This document shows, in pieces, positions 1 to 9,321 of a stretch of 64,000 nucleotides of DNA. The number at the start of each line of letters is the position of its first letter. Position 1 is the stretch's first letter. Location of the stretch: IMG/VR virus record IMGVR_UViG_3300042502_001233, positions 124,001 through 188,000 of that record; one strand, given 5' to 3'. The notes beneath the pieces are model-generated. The model was not told where the DNA came from. It saw only the letters and a program-made list of their open reading frames with translations, and did no database searches. Position numbers and translations under genes: made by a program.

Positions 1-309
1 CGCTTGTAATGCAGCTCTAGCTTCGCAGAAAGGACAGTCTTCACCTTTTTCATGTTTCAAACAAGGGTAAGTTTTCCATTCACCATCTACTAATACTTTA
101 TGTGCATGCATTTCAACGAAAGGTGTTCCCCCATTGGTTGCTGGTAATATACGAATTGTTTTTGTACCAGTTTTAACTCCTTTTTCTAAAAAAGTGTTAA
201 AGTAGTTTTTCAAATCGTAAGTTTTTGCTTCTGTTTTTTCGTACTTCGGAGCATTGTTCTTTTCGTACTGTGCCAACATTTCAGCTAAGGCATTTTTTTG
301 TTCACTCAT
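1..309 (-). CDS. T4 gp32-like single-stranded DNA-binding protein (5' part; runs off the window start; not in the ORF track)
   Basis: Hand translation: MSEQKNALAEMLAQYEKNNAPKY...KTIRILP...PFVEMHAH...YPCLKHEKGEDCPFCEA. The 'IRILP' and H...C...CPFC Zn-site pattern fit gp32-type SSBs. Confidence 0.75.
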   Translation of the reverse strand, partial: MSEQKNALAEMLAQYEKNNAPKYEKTEAKTYDLKNYFNTFLEKGVKTGTKTIRILPATNGGTPFVEMHAHKVLVDGEWKTYPCLKHEKGEDCPFCEARAALQA

Positions 310-358
310 TTTTAAAATTTATATATATTTACGTTATTTTCTTTGTTTGTAAGTTATG

Positions 359-389
359 CAAATATACTAATTAAATTAACAAAAGTCAA
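359..389 (-). promoter_or_regulatory. Bacteroidota sigma70-type promoter for SSB (proximal)
   Basis: Minus strand reads TTG-N20-TATATTTG. Confidence 0.65.
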
Positions 390-445
390 TATTTAAAATA
401 GTATTTTTTTACTAATGATTTAAGTTTTTTTCAAAACTATTTTTA

Positions 446-476
446 CAAATATACGAATGTTTTTATCAAGTTGCAA
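446..476 (-). promoter_or_regulatory. Second tandem sigma70-type promoter for SSB
   Basis: Minus strand reads TTG-N20-TATATTTG. Confidence 0.55.
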
Positions 477-502
477 TATTTTTTATGAATATTTTTTAAA
501 AT

Positions 503-526
503 AAAAAAAGCCCCTATTAGGGGCTC
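503..526 (-). terminator. Intrinsic terminator after 545..1348
   Basis: AGCCCC-tatta-GGGGCT stem with a U-tract on the minus strand. Confidence 0.7.
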
Positions 527-544
527 TTATTATAATTTATTTGG

Positions 545-1348
545 TTAAATATCTTCTTCTTCATAATCGTCAGCATCAAAACTATTTCTTATTGACGAAT
601 CACTGTAGGTTGAATCTATATCATCTTTTGTCAACACATATTCTTTTGGTTTGTCATCTTTACTCATTACATCATAAGCACCTTCTTTATCACTCCAATA
701 ATCAGTTAACTTTTGAGAATATGGGTAAGAACTCAATGAACGCATTTCTAGTTTTTCAACTGGTGTTGGGTTTCTTTTGATTATTTCTTTTTCCAAACCA
801 TCTATTTTAGCTGTAACCGCATCCATTCTACCTAATTTATTTTCCAAATCAGCTAATTTCTGCATCAATACTTGCGCTACTTTGCTAGATTCTTTTTCAG
901 CGTTTTCAGCCGCTTCTTTTGCTTCTTCAGTTCCTTTTACAATTTGAGATACATCTATTTCAACAGAATCATCAGCTGGTTCTTCCATCGCTGGCTCGGC
1001 TGGTATGTCTTCAGCGCTTGGTTCTGCTGGTGCTTCATCACCACCAAAGCCAAAGTCTAAATCATCCTCAGCTGGTGTTTCATCTGCTGGCGCTTCTGCA
1101 TCTACTGGTGTTTCATCTGAAAGGCCAGTTTCCCCACCCATATCATTAACATCACCACCTTCAGCAGCATCTTGATTTGGGTCTGGAGCGTTAGGGTCTT
1201 CATCCGCTTCTTCCAAGTCAGTTCCTAGAATAAGTGGTTTTTCGTAATCAGACGTTTCTTTCTCAGTATAAAAACTATATTCATTCAACAGTCTGAATCT
1301 TTTAAGTTCTTCGTTAAGTAATTCAGGGTTTAACTTAGTTTTTTTCAT
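545..1348 (-). CDS. Highly acidic protein, possible head scaffold/internal protein
   Basis: 267 aa; D/E/P/A-rich middle, coiled-coil segment, LNEE/LLNE motifs near the N-terminus. Confidence 0.5.
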   Translation of the reverse strand: MKKTKLNPELLNEELKRFRLLNEYSFYTEKETSDYEKPLILGTDLEEADEDPNAPDPNQDAAEGGDVNDMGGETGLSDETPVDAEAPADETPAEDDLDFGFGGDEAPAEPSAEDIPAEPAMEEPADDSVEIDVSQIVKGTEEAKEAAENAEKESSKVAQVLMQKLADLENKLGRMDAVTAKIDGLEKEIIKRNPTPVEKLEMRSLSSYPYSQKLTDYWSDKEGAYDVMSKDDKPKEYVLTKDDIDSTYSDSSIRNSFDADDYEEEDI

Positions 1349-1548
1349 TAGAATAATAATTGTCTACCGTCTTCTGTTATAATTTTTTTGTTGATTCTTT
1401 CTAGAATACTTTTATCACCTTTGATTACACACACACCAGAGCTGCAATCTAAATTTGGGTCTTGGTTTTCAGTGTTAAGGAAACCTTTTAAAGCATCGTT
1501 AAGCTCATCAGATTTTTTTATTTGTTGTGTATTTTTTGATTGTTCCAT
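1348..1548 (-). CDS. Small hypothetical protein
   Basis: 66 aa; TATTTATA motif upstream; abuts the next gene; ends KIITEDGRQLLF. Confidence 0.6.
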   Translation of the reverse strand: MEQSKNTQQIKKSDELNDALKGFLNTENQDPNLDCSSGVCVIKGDKSILERINKKIITEDGRQLLF

Positions 1549-1600
1549 AATTACTATTATTAAATATATTTTATGTTTTAATATAAATATCTAAAAATCA

Positions 1601-2002
1601 TTAAAAAACTCTGTTTATATTAAAAAGACATAGTTTATTATCGTTTATTAATATGAATTTATTCTGATATTCGGACCAATCTAGTTTAACGTTCTTATTA
1701 TCCATATTTCCTATTGAATCTGGGTATTTTTCTTCAATAAGTTTGTTCAACGCATTTATGGTATATAAAGCATTGCCTTTTTTGTGTATAATTACAGCGT
1801 TAGGAAATAAATTTTTAAGGTTTAATTGTTTACCATCCTCAATGGTTAACCTAAAAGTGATAATAACCTTTGATTCATCATCAAGGTTTTCGAAACAGAA
1901 AACTTTTTCTTTTTCGATGTTAAATTTGTTTTTTAAATAGCTAAGGAACCATTCAACCCTTTCAGGAAATATGAATGACGCTAGTAATATTGTTCTGTCC
2001 AT
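1601..2002 (-). CDS. Hypothetical protein
   Basis: 133 aa ORF in operon context. Confidence 0.6.
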   Translation of the reverse strand: MDRTILLASFIFPERVEWFLSYLKNKFNIEKEKVFCFENLDDESKVIITFRLTIEDGKQLNLKNLFPNAVIIHKKGNALYTINALNKLIEEKYPDSIGNMDNKNVKLDWSEYQNKFILINDNKLCLFNINRVF

Positions 2003-2591
2003 GTTTAATAGAATATAAATAAGGTATAAATCGATACTGATTATCGAAATCCTCTATCGTATTTTTATATTCTATAAATATATCCTCATGTACCAAAAAC
2101 ACTGAGCTTAAAGAGATTATTTTAGTTTTTATTTTTTCAATGTTCATTCCAATATATTCTAACAATCTCAAATCAACTCCAAATATAAAATTATCACTGT
2201 ATATGTATATCATTTTACCATTGATATAGGTTATTTTATTTTCTAAGGAATAAATTTTTTTTAGTATTTTAACCAAAGCCCTTGGTTTATATTGTATTGG
2301 GTCTACAAACACATATGATACTTTTTCGAACAAATCTTTGTAAACCATGTATACAAAATGAAACACATCTTCTCTAAATTTATCTCGACCTTCAGTTGGT
2401 GTGCATGTCCAATACAAGTTGTCTTTGATGTGCATTTCCATAACATCAAAATCTGGGTAGTGTTTGTTTACATATGTAAAACTAATAATCAACGTTGGTA
2501 ATCCATGGATTATTTCATCCATGGATTTAACCACATTAAAGTCTTCTGAGACGTTGATTTTGTTGTTTGTTACTATATTCGCAATTTTCAT
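1962..2591 (-). CDS. Hypothetical protein (early-type promoter)
   Basis: 209 aa; TTG-N19-TATATTTG immediately upstream at 2596-2625. Confidence 0.6.
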   Translation of the reverse strand: MKIANIVTNNKINVSEDFNVVKSMDEIIHGLPTLIISFTYVNKHYPDFDVMEMHIKDNLYWTCTPTEGRDKFREDVFHFVYMVYKDLFEKVSYVFVDPIQYKPRALVKILKKIYSLENKITYINGKMIYIYSDNFIFGVDLRLLEYIGMNIEKIKTKIISLSSVFLVHEDIFIEYKNTIEDFDNQYRFIPYLYSIKHGQNNITSVIHIS

Positions 2592-2608
2592 AATGCAAAT
2601 ATACGAAA

Positions 2609-5600
2609 TTAAACTGGTTTTTCAAATATTTTTGCTTCAGTTTTTCTTCTAGTGACTAAACCTGGTAAAACACCTTGTCCTTTTCCTGTTATTGGTCCAG
2701 CTGCAATTTGACTGGCCGCTTGTTTAAAATTATTTTTAGTGATTGATTCAACTATACCCCTACTTTTTAACGTACCAGCTCCAGAATTATACGAATAAGA
2801 CATAATAGCAGCTTTTTGATTATCGTTTAATTTATCCCAATTTTTTTGACCTAATACTCCAATTATACTTTTTTTAAACCTATTGTTTATATCATAAGTT
2901 AAAGTAAGCTGGGCTTGTACTTTTGTAAATGTTGTTGAATATGTAACTTTTGATGGTTGAGTACCTTCACTGACTATAATATTATCAGTACCGTAACCAC
3001 CTCTCCATGTACCACTATCTTTTTTAGCTTTTGCCACATAACCTTCAAAACTTATAATTATAAGTTTTGACCTTTCAACCCAATCACCAGTTAAACTATT
3101 TATAATTTCTGAATTAGGAACACCACTAACACCACCATCTCCTGATGAAATGTATTTAAAATCACATTCATTTTCCAAATATACAGCTTCTTTATTATCA
3201 ACACCTTTAGGGTTTTTAACAACTGGTTTATATCCTGAATCTAATTTTGGTGTATAACCATATGTTGATGGTAATTTATTATATAAACATTTTGCTGATG
3301 TACCATGATATTCGAAATGCCAATATTCATCAACATTACTTTTATCTCTTAAAGTTGTTGGAATAATGAAACCGTACTTCCAAGAATTATCTAAGAACCA
3401 TTTTAACGATGGGTTGTACTCTAAACTAAAACCTTCTTTATTAGCATCAGTATCAATAGGTGCCCATTGGCCTACTTTAAGATAAGTTCCATTTTTTTGG
3501 GGTGCGAATAATAAATCAACAGCTATACCCCATGAATGATTTGATGTACCAGCTTCTGCTACATCACCTGGATTTCCACCATCTTTAATATTCTTATTAT
3601 ACAATTCTTGTTGATATTCATAAGACCTATATAAACTTGTAATACCCACATATTTTTTATTTATAGTTGGGTAACCCTCAGCTTTTGCAAATTTAACAAA
3701 TTCTGTTAACATTTCAGTTAAAGCTGGAACAGCTTCGGTTATCATTTTTCTTCTTTCTTTAGGCACATTTTGTGCAACATCTTTAATATCTTCAACGGTT
3801 ACCAATTTAATATTACCAACTTCTACATTACCATTAGAACCACCATTTTCGATAATTGTTCTAACGATTGGTGGGAAACTTCCAGCCACAGCACCACTAC
3901 TAGCATTACCAGCCCCAGCTACGTTCAACGTTTCAATTAGTGCCATGTATGCATCAGCAACGTCTATAATTGGTGTTTCAGCAGCTCTAATTCTAACACC
4001 AGTAAAATTTGTTGACATATTGTTAGGTTTTATACTATGTTTAACACGTGTAATCATATAAGCACCATGAAACATAGGTATATTGTCTAATTGAAAATAC
4101 ATCATAGGTTGAACCATAGCGTTACCCATCATTTCAACTTCAGCACTGTAACTTCTAACTGAATAAACGTTATACATATTTTGACCACCGACACTCATAT
4201 TAGTGTTAGACCCTTTCATTGATATGTCTTGAACTATCTTTATAGATTCTTCACTTTCTGAAAACTCACTCTGGTCTAAAGTAATATCTTTAAATAAATT
4301 TTGGTTTTGTTGACCATATCTTACAACAAAAACTGGTAGTGCGTCTTCATATGGTTTACCATTATTATTCGCTAACGGACTACTATAATCTGGTGGTATT
4401 GAACTACTTAAATTAACACCATCACATCTTATATCAAAACCATCGTTAGTATAGTTTGTTGAGGCATCTTTTAAATCTAAATTTTTAGATTTTTGACCAA
4501 CATAAACACACACAAAAGAAGGACCGCAAGATTTTATTGGTTCTTCGTACATACTTATTGGTTTAAACATAGTTTCTAAAACTTTATCGTCATGAAAATT
4601 AATAAACGTTGGTAAAGCAATAAAATCAAATTTGTTATCACCTAATAACCCTGAAATAATTTCATATGCAGATGTGTTTGGGAAATCTTGTAATTTGTCG
4701 TTTAACGGTATTGGATTTATAAATAGCTCATCACCAATATCTCTAAAGGACCTATTTACAAATCTGAAACTATCTATTAACCTAGCTTTTGTTCTTCCAA
4801 ACCTACTAGCCATGGCCAAATCAGTTTGCTTTCTGTTACCTTCGTTATTATCATTTTCACCACATTGAAAAATGATGTTATCTGGATTTGTTACACCACC
4901 TAACCATTTATCATAAATGTTTTTACAACTTCTATATAACATTAATTTTATGTCGTTTAGATTAGTTGTGTTGAAAATTTCATTTAACGCTGCATCTTTT
5001 TCTGTTGCTGTGCTATAACCTTCGGTTAATGCTGATAACTCAGTTGTCAATGTTTTAAAATACATGTCATAATTAGTGTTGCTAGCGTAAATTGGATAAC
5101 GTAAATCTTTTAAGTCACTACCACTAGTTCCAAAATTTTCTGTCTTAGGGCCACGCCAAATTCGATAACCTGTGTTTGCAATTATAACCTCTTCTTTGGT
5201 CAAAGCTGTTAATAAATTTGTGACTGCGGTCGAATCATCATTTAATTCTAAAAATAAAGTCAATGATGAAGTTTGTTTTGAAAGGTTAATTATATTATAG
5301 TTTTTATAATTTATTAAATTATTAGTAATTTGAGATGGTAATATACGCGCTTGGTTATTTTTTGGGTTTGATGTATTATACAATGAATCAACAAACGCAC
5401 AAAATTGTGTTACTGGTTTGTTTTCATCCCATATTTCTAAATTTTTACGAAGTGTATCAAAAGATGTGTATTCACTAGTACCATTTACAAAATCAAAAAA
5501 TATTTTTTTAAATTCTTCTTTTACTTGATTAGGTAAATTTACTAATACATCAGTTGATTTTATTTTATTAGCTGAACGTCCAACAGTTCTTGGTAAATAG

Positions 5601-8600
5601 TTACCGTTAAGTTCTGTAGCGTCATATTTAGGTGAAGCACTACTACCACAAGTCGTTTTCCATACAATAGGGTCTTCTTTACCTCTACCACCACCAGTAA
5701 TAAAATCACCGTCAATAATTGGGTCTTCCGTTGACATCCACCATAACATACCACCGATAAAAGCACACCAAAGTCTTGGTGTATGCACAAAACCACCTCT
5801 AACATCAAATAAGTGTCTTAATTCTTTTGGAAATAAAGGATTATTATCTAAAATTTCATCACCTAAATTAAACGGTAGTGTATTTAAAAAAATTAAAGCT
5901 TTTGTGTATTTACCACTAATATTGTTTATAAAGGTGTTATTGTTTTTTTTCATTCTAGAATTAGCTTGTAAATAGTACCATTTACTACCAAACAAACTAA
6001 GTGTATTTTTATCTGTTCCTGAACTTATTGAACCGTACACAAAACCATGTTCAATATATGGGTAACTGATTTTATATTTACCAGTATTTGGGTTTACTAA
6101 ATTATTAAATAATTCTCTATTATTTTTTCTACCAGAGTGTAGTAATAATTTATCATCTCTAGAATCAACCTTAACTTCAGACAACATACTACTATAAAAT
6201 TCATTTGAAGCTAAATACGATGAAGTATTTGGTTTAAAATCATATATACTAGTCAGTGTTTTATTGTTAGGTAATTTTTGTTGCTTTGCTGAATCTTTTC
6301 TAGTGTAACTTAAACCATAGTCTTTGTCTGGTGAATAAAACACATACATAAGTGGTAACCCATTTAAAGCTGTGTTATCACCATAATTCATATTTACAAA
6401 TTCTTGTATTCCATAACTACCACCAAAACAATTAAACCCAGCTTGTGAAATTTCACCATTTTTTAATTGTTCTAAATTAATGATAGATTCAGTTTTAATA
6501 CTAGTATCTATAAGTTGTTCTGTTGTAGTAAATTCAGATGGTGTAAACATTCTAACATAAATACCACCATCAATTAACTTTCTATTTTTAGCGCCAGTTA
6601 CAGCTACCGAGTTATAGTTAGTTAAAAAATTCTCAGTACTACTAAGTTCTTTTAAAGTATCTCTTGTATCTTCATTTTCATAAGAACCATTATCTACTAT
6701 ATATGAATAGTTAGTTGTTTTTACAGCACCAGGTGTTCCAACTGTTGGTATTGTCGTATCGGGAATATAAACTGTTTGGTCTAGATTAGCAACTGTGATT
6801 TTTTTTGTTGATGAACCACCAATTATTTTATCGTTAAAATCACCACTTATTGGTAACACTCTAATTTCTTTACTTGGGTTATTACCAACAAATAAATAAT
6901 TATAGATATAACCATTTGGTGTTGATGTAATTACTTTTCTAGGTTTATCGTTTATAACACCAGTAACATCTTTGATTGTATCAGGTTTAATATTTTTCAA
7001 CAAATTTTTTAATGCTGGTTGAGCTGCGGATGCAATTGCATTGGCTTCAATTTTAGCCATTGTTTGAATTTCTTCAGGTGTTAAATATTTCTCATCGTTG
7101 GTATAACCTAAAAATATCATAGCTCTAATTAACATAAGTCTTTTAACAGCTTCTAAAGAAATTAATTCACTTCTTTGATAAGGGTTTTTTTGATAACCAA
7201 ACAATCTAGTGTCTAATATGTTTGATGGAAACCAATTTATTTCTTCTCCAGCAGCCAATGCGTCAGCTTTATTTTCTGTTTCATTGGCAGTCAAAAATGC
7301 TTGCAACAAATCTTCAATAAATTTAATTTCATCTATTGAAAGTTTACTATCAATAACTGGGTTTGAACCTAAATATTTTTCAACATATGTGTTTGTTTTT
7401 GCATCGTATTCTGAATAATCTGGCCAAGGAAAATATTTTTTACCTTTAAGTTGAACATCTGTTATATCTGTTTTGGTTGTTTTTGATGTTTCAGAGAAAA
7501 CTTTTTCTAATTCCGCGGTTCTATCTACGTTGTTTTCAGCATTTTGAGAAACATTATATATTGTTTCAATAAATACTTCAATCAATCCAGTAAATATTTC
7601 TATAATATTTCTAACTGTTGGGTCGAAACCAAGTTCCGAGGTTATCTCATCTTTAATTTCGTTAGCTAAAGATTTATTTGAGATTTCAACATTAGAATCT
7701 AATTTAGTTTTCTCTTTTTCTAATAAATCAATAGTTTGTCTCAAATCATATATTCTAAATTTAAAACTATCATTAAATGTCATATAATCGTTAACATATA
7801 TTAATGCATCTCTTTTGAATTTTATTAATTCTTCACCTGTAATACTAGTGTCAATCCTTTCATTACTATTAGCGTTTAATAAAGGTATTGTTAAATCTGG
7901 AACATAAGTAATAGGTAAAAAATCACTTTCGTTTAATTTAAGACCAGTAATGTTTAAATCGTTATATTTTTTTATATAGGTTTTTACATTAGTGTCTAAA
8001 TCTTGGTACATTTTTCTTTGGTCTGACGTAAAGTCAGCATTTTTTGTAACAATAAACCTATAACTAGCTTCATCTTCAGATTTTTTTTCAATACCTATTG
8101 TTGAAAATGTTGTGAATTCACTTAAAATACTGTTTAATATTTCTTTACCCTCAGAAAAAGAATTTAAAATTTTTGAACTATTAGAATTTAAAGCTAATTT
8201 TTGAATAGCCGCGTCTATCTGACCAACTTTTATTTTTAAATCAACCAAATTTAAAATAGGTACGTCTCTACCGTCGTTGTAGTTTTTAAATTTTTCAGCG
8301 CCAATTTTTGTAAAAGGTATCGCTTTTAAAAACCCAACCAACATGTCAGATAACATTGCATACGTGTAACCGATAAAATTACATTTAATTTCAAAATTAC
8401 CTGTTTGTGAATTAAATTTTGATGTAAATTTAATCATATGTAAACAATACGTTACTGGTTGACCATAATATCCTTTAACCTCTAATTCAAATAAAGGGTA
8501 TGGTAATTGAAAAAAAGCAGCGTATGGGTTATTTACATCAGTATTAGAAATATCTGATTCATTTTGAAAAATAGAGCTACCTCTTACGTCAATAAAATCA

Positions 8601-8983
8601 ACTGTAATTTGTGGTGCAAAAGATGAATTAAAATCAATATCGATATTGGTAATACCCAACGTTTCAGTATTTATAGTACCTTGTTCAAAAACTGTTGTTA
8701 AATCAGTATATTTTGTTGTTAAAACTTTTTTACCGTTTATATCACTTCCTTCAATAAAATTAAGTCTGATAGTGTTTGTTGTTTGAACAGCACCTTTATC
8801 ATCTTTAGCTGAAAGAACTGTACGCCCTTTTCTGTATGTTGATAATTTTACTGAAATATTTAAATCTTCAGTTTGAACCGAACGATTCATAGATGAAGGG
8901 TACCCGTAAAAATCATTAGGGTCTATTATTTTTGTTCTATTTCCACCGCTACAACCTATTTTAGTTATGTTACTATTCTCCAT
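2609..8983 (-). CDS. Baseplate hub / tail-associated lysin with C-terminal M15 peptidase and GH24 lysozyme domains
   Basis: 2124 aa. Hub-like segments (GITNIDIDF...ITVDFIDVRG; SAEVEMMGNAMVQPMMYFQLDNIPMFHGAYMITRVKHSI). M15 motifs (SLYRS..Q, SNHSWGIAVD, EYWHFEY). GH24 motifs (FEG...TWRGGYG, LVTRRKTEA). Confidence 0.75.
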   Translation of the reverse strand: MENSNITKIGCSGGNRTKIIDPNDFYGYPSSMNRSVQTEDLNISVKLSTYRKGRTVLSAKDDKGAVQTTNTIRLNFIEGSDINGKKVLTTKYTDLTTVFEQGTINTETLGITNIDIDFNSSFAPQITVDFIDVRGSSIFQNESDISNTDVNNPYAAFFQLPYPLFELEVKGYYGQPVTYCLHMIKFTSKFNSQTGNFEIKCNFIGYTYAMLSDMLVGFLKAIPFTKIGAEKFKNYNDGRDVPILNLVDLKIKVGQIDAAIQKLALNSNSSKILNSFSEGKEILNSILSEFTTFSTIGIEKKSEDEASYRFIVTKNADFTSDQRKMYQDLDTNVKTYIKKYNDLNITGLKLNESDFLPITYVPDLTIPLLNANSNERIDTSITGEELIKFKRDALIYVNDYMTFNDSFKFRIYDLRQTIDLLEKEKTKLDSNVEISNKSLANEIKDEITSELGFDPTVRNIIEIFTGLIEVFIETIYNVSQNAENNVDRTAELEKVFSETSKTTKTDITDVQLKGKKYFPWPDYSEYDAKTNTYVEKYLGSNPVIDSKLSIDEIKFIEDLLQAFLTANETENKADALAAGEEINWFPSNILDTRLFGYQKNPYQRSELISLEAVKRLMLIRAMIFLGYTNDEKYLTPEEIQTMAKIEANAIASAAQPALKNLLKNIKPDTIKDVTGVINDKPRKVITSTPNGYIYNYLFVGNNPSKEIRVLPISGDFNDKIIGGSSTKKITVANLDQTVYIPDTTIPTVGTPGAVKTTNYSYIVDNGSYENEDTRDTLKELSSTENFLTNYNSVAVTGAKNRKLIDGGIYVRMFTPSEFTTTEQLIDTSIKTESIINLEQLKNGEISQAGFNCFGGSYGIQEFVNMNYGDNTALNGLPLMYVFYSPDKDYGLSYTRKDSAKQQKLPNNKTLTSIYDFKPNTSSYLASNEFYSSMLSEVKVDSRDDKLLLHSGRKNNRELFNNLVNPNTGKYKISYPYIEHGFVYGSISSGTDKNTLSLFGSKWYYLQANSRMKKNNNTFINNISGKYTKALIFLNTLPFNLGDEILDNNPLFPKELRHLFDVRGGFVHTPRLWCAFIGGMLWWMSTEDPIIDGDFITGGGRGKEDPIVWKTTCGSSASPKYDATELNGNYLPRTVGRSANKIKSTDVLVNLPNQVKEEFKKIFFDFVNGTSEYTSFDTLRKNLEIWDENKPVTQFCAFVDSLYNTSNPKNNQARILPSQITNNLINYKNYNIINLSKQTSSLTLFLELNDDSTAVTNLLTALTKEEVIIANTGYRIWRGPKTENFGTSGSDLKDLRYPIYASNTNYDMYFKTLTTELSALTEGYSTATEKDAALNEIFNTTNLNDIKLMLYRSCKNIYDKWLGGVTNPDNIIFQCGENDNNEGNRKQTDLAMASRFGRTKARLIDSFRFVNRSFRDIGDELFINPIPLNDKLQDFPNTSAYEIISGLLGDNKFDFIALPTFINFHDDKVLETMFKPISMYEEPIKSCGPSFVCVYVGQKSKNLDLKDASTNYTNDGFDIRCDGVNLSSSIPPDYSSPLANNNGKPYEDALPVFVVRYGQQNQNLFKDITLDQSEFSESEESIKIVQDISMKGSNTNMSVGGQNMYNVYSVRSYSAEVEMMGNAMVQPMMYFQLDNIPMFHGAYMITRVKHSIKPNNMSTNFTGVRIRAAETPIIDVADAYMALIETLNVAGAGNASSGAVAGSFPPIVRTIIENGGSNGNVEVGNIKLVTVEDIKDVAQNVPKERRKMITEAVPALTEMLTEFVKFAKAEGYPTINKKYVGITSLYRSYEYQQELYNKNIKDGGNPGDVAEAGTSNHSWGIAVDLLFAPQKNGTYLKVGQWAPIDTDANKEGFSLEYNPSLKWFLDNSWKYGFIIPTTLRDKSNVDEYWHFEYHGTSAKCLYNKLPSTYGYTPKLDSGYKPVVKNPKGVDNKEAVYLENECDFKYISSGDGGVSGVPNSEIINSLTGDWVERSKLIIISFEGYVAKAKKDSGTWRGGYGTDNIIVSEGTQPSKVTYSTTFTKVQAQLTLTYDINNRFKKSIIGVLGQKNWDKLNDNQKAAIMSYSYNSGAGTLKSRGIVESITKNNFKQAASQIAAGPITGKGQGVLPGLVTRRKTEAKIFEKPV

Positions 8984-9293
8984 ATAGTGTTTTATGTATT
9001 GAAACTTGAGTTATATATCTTGATAAAGCGTCTTCATAAGGAAATGGTATAGTAATCAATGTGTTATCTGGAATATCAAATTCTAAACCACCAAATTCTT
9101 GATTAGCTTGCATTATTAACCAACCGCTATATGGGTTATTATAATACATGTTACTGATTTTGTCAAGTCTTGTTACACCTTGTTTGTAAACAAGTGTTTT
9201 ATCTGTATTTTTTAACGGTATTGTAATACCTGGAATTGGTTTAACTTCTGAGTTAACTTTGAACCCTCTATATCTGTCGTAATATTGCGCCAT
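8973..9293 (-). CDS. LysM-like / gp53-like baseplate wedge protein
   Basis: 106 aa; RLDKISNMYYNNPYSGWLIMQAN pattern; lies between hub genes. Confidence 0.7.
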   Translation of the reverse strand: MAQYYDRYRGFKVNSEVKPIPGITIPLKNTDKTLVYKQGVTRLDKISNMYYNNPYSGWLIMQANQEFGGLEFDIPDNTLITIPFPYEDALSRYITQVSIHKTLYGE

Positions 9294-9321
9294 TTTTGTT
9301 TTATTTATTTTTTTTTGTATT

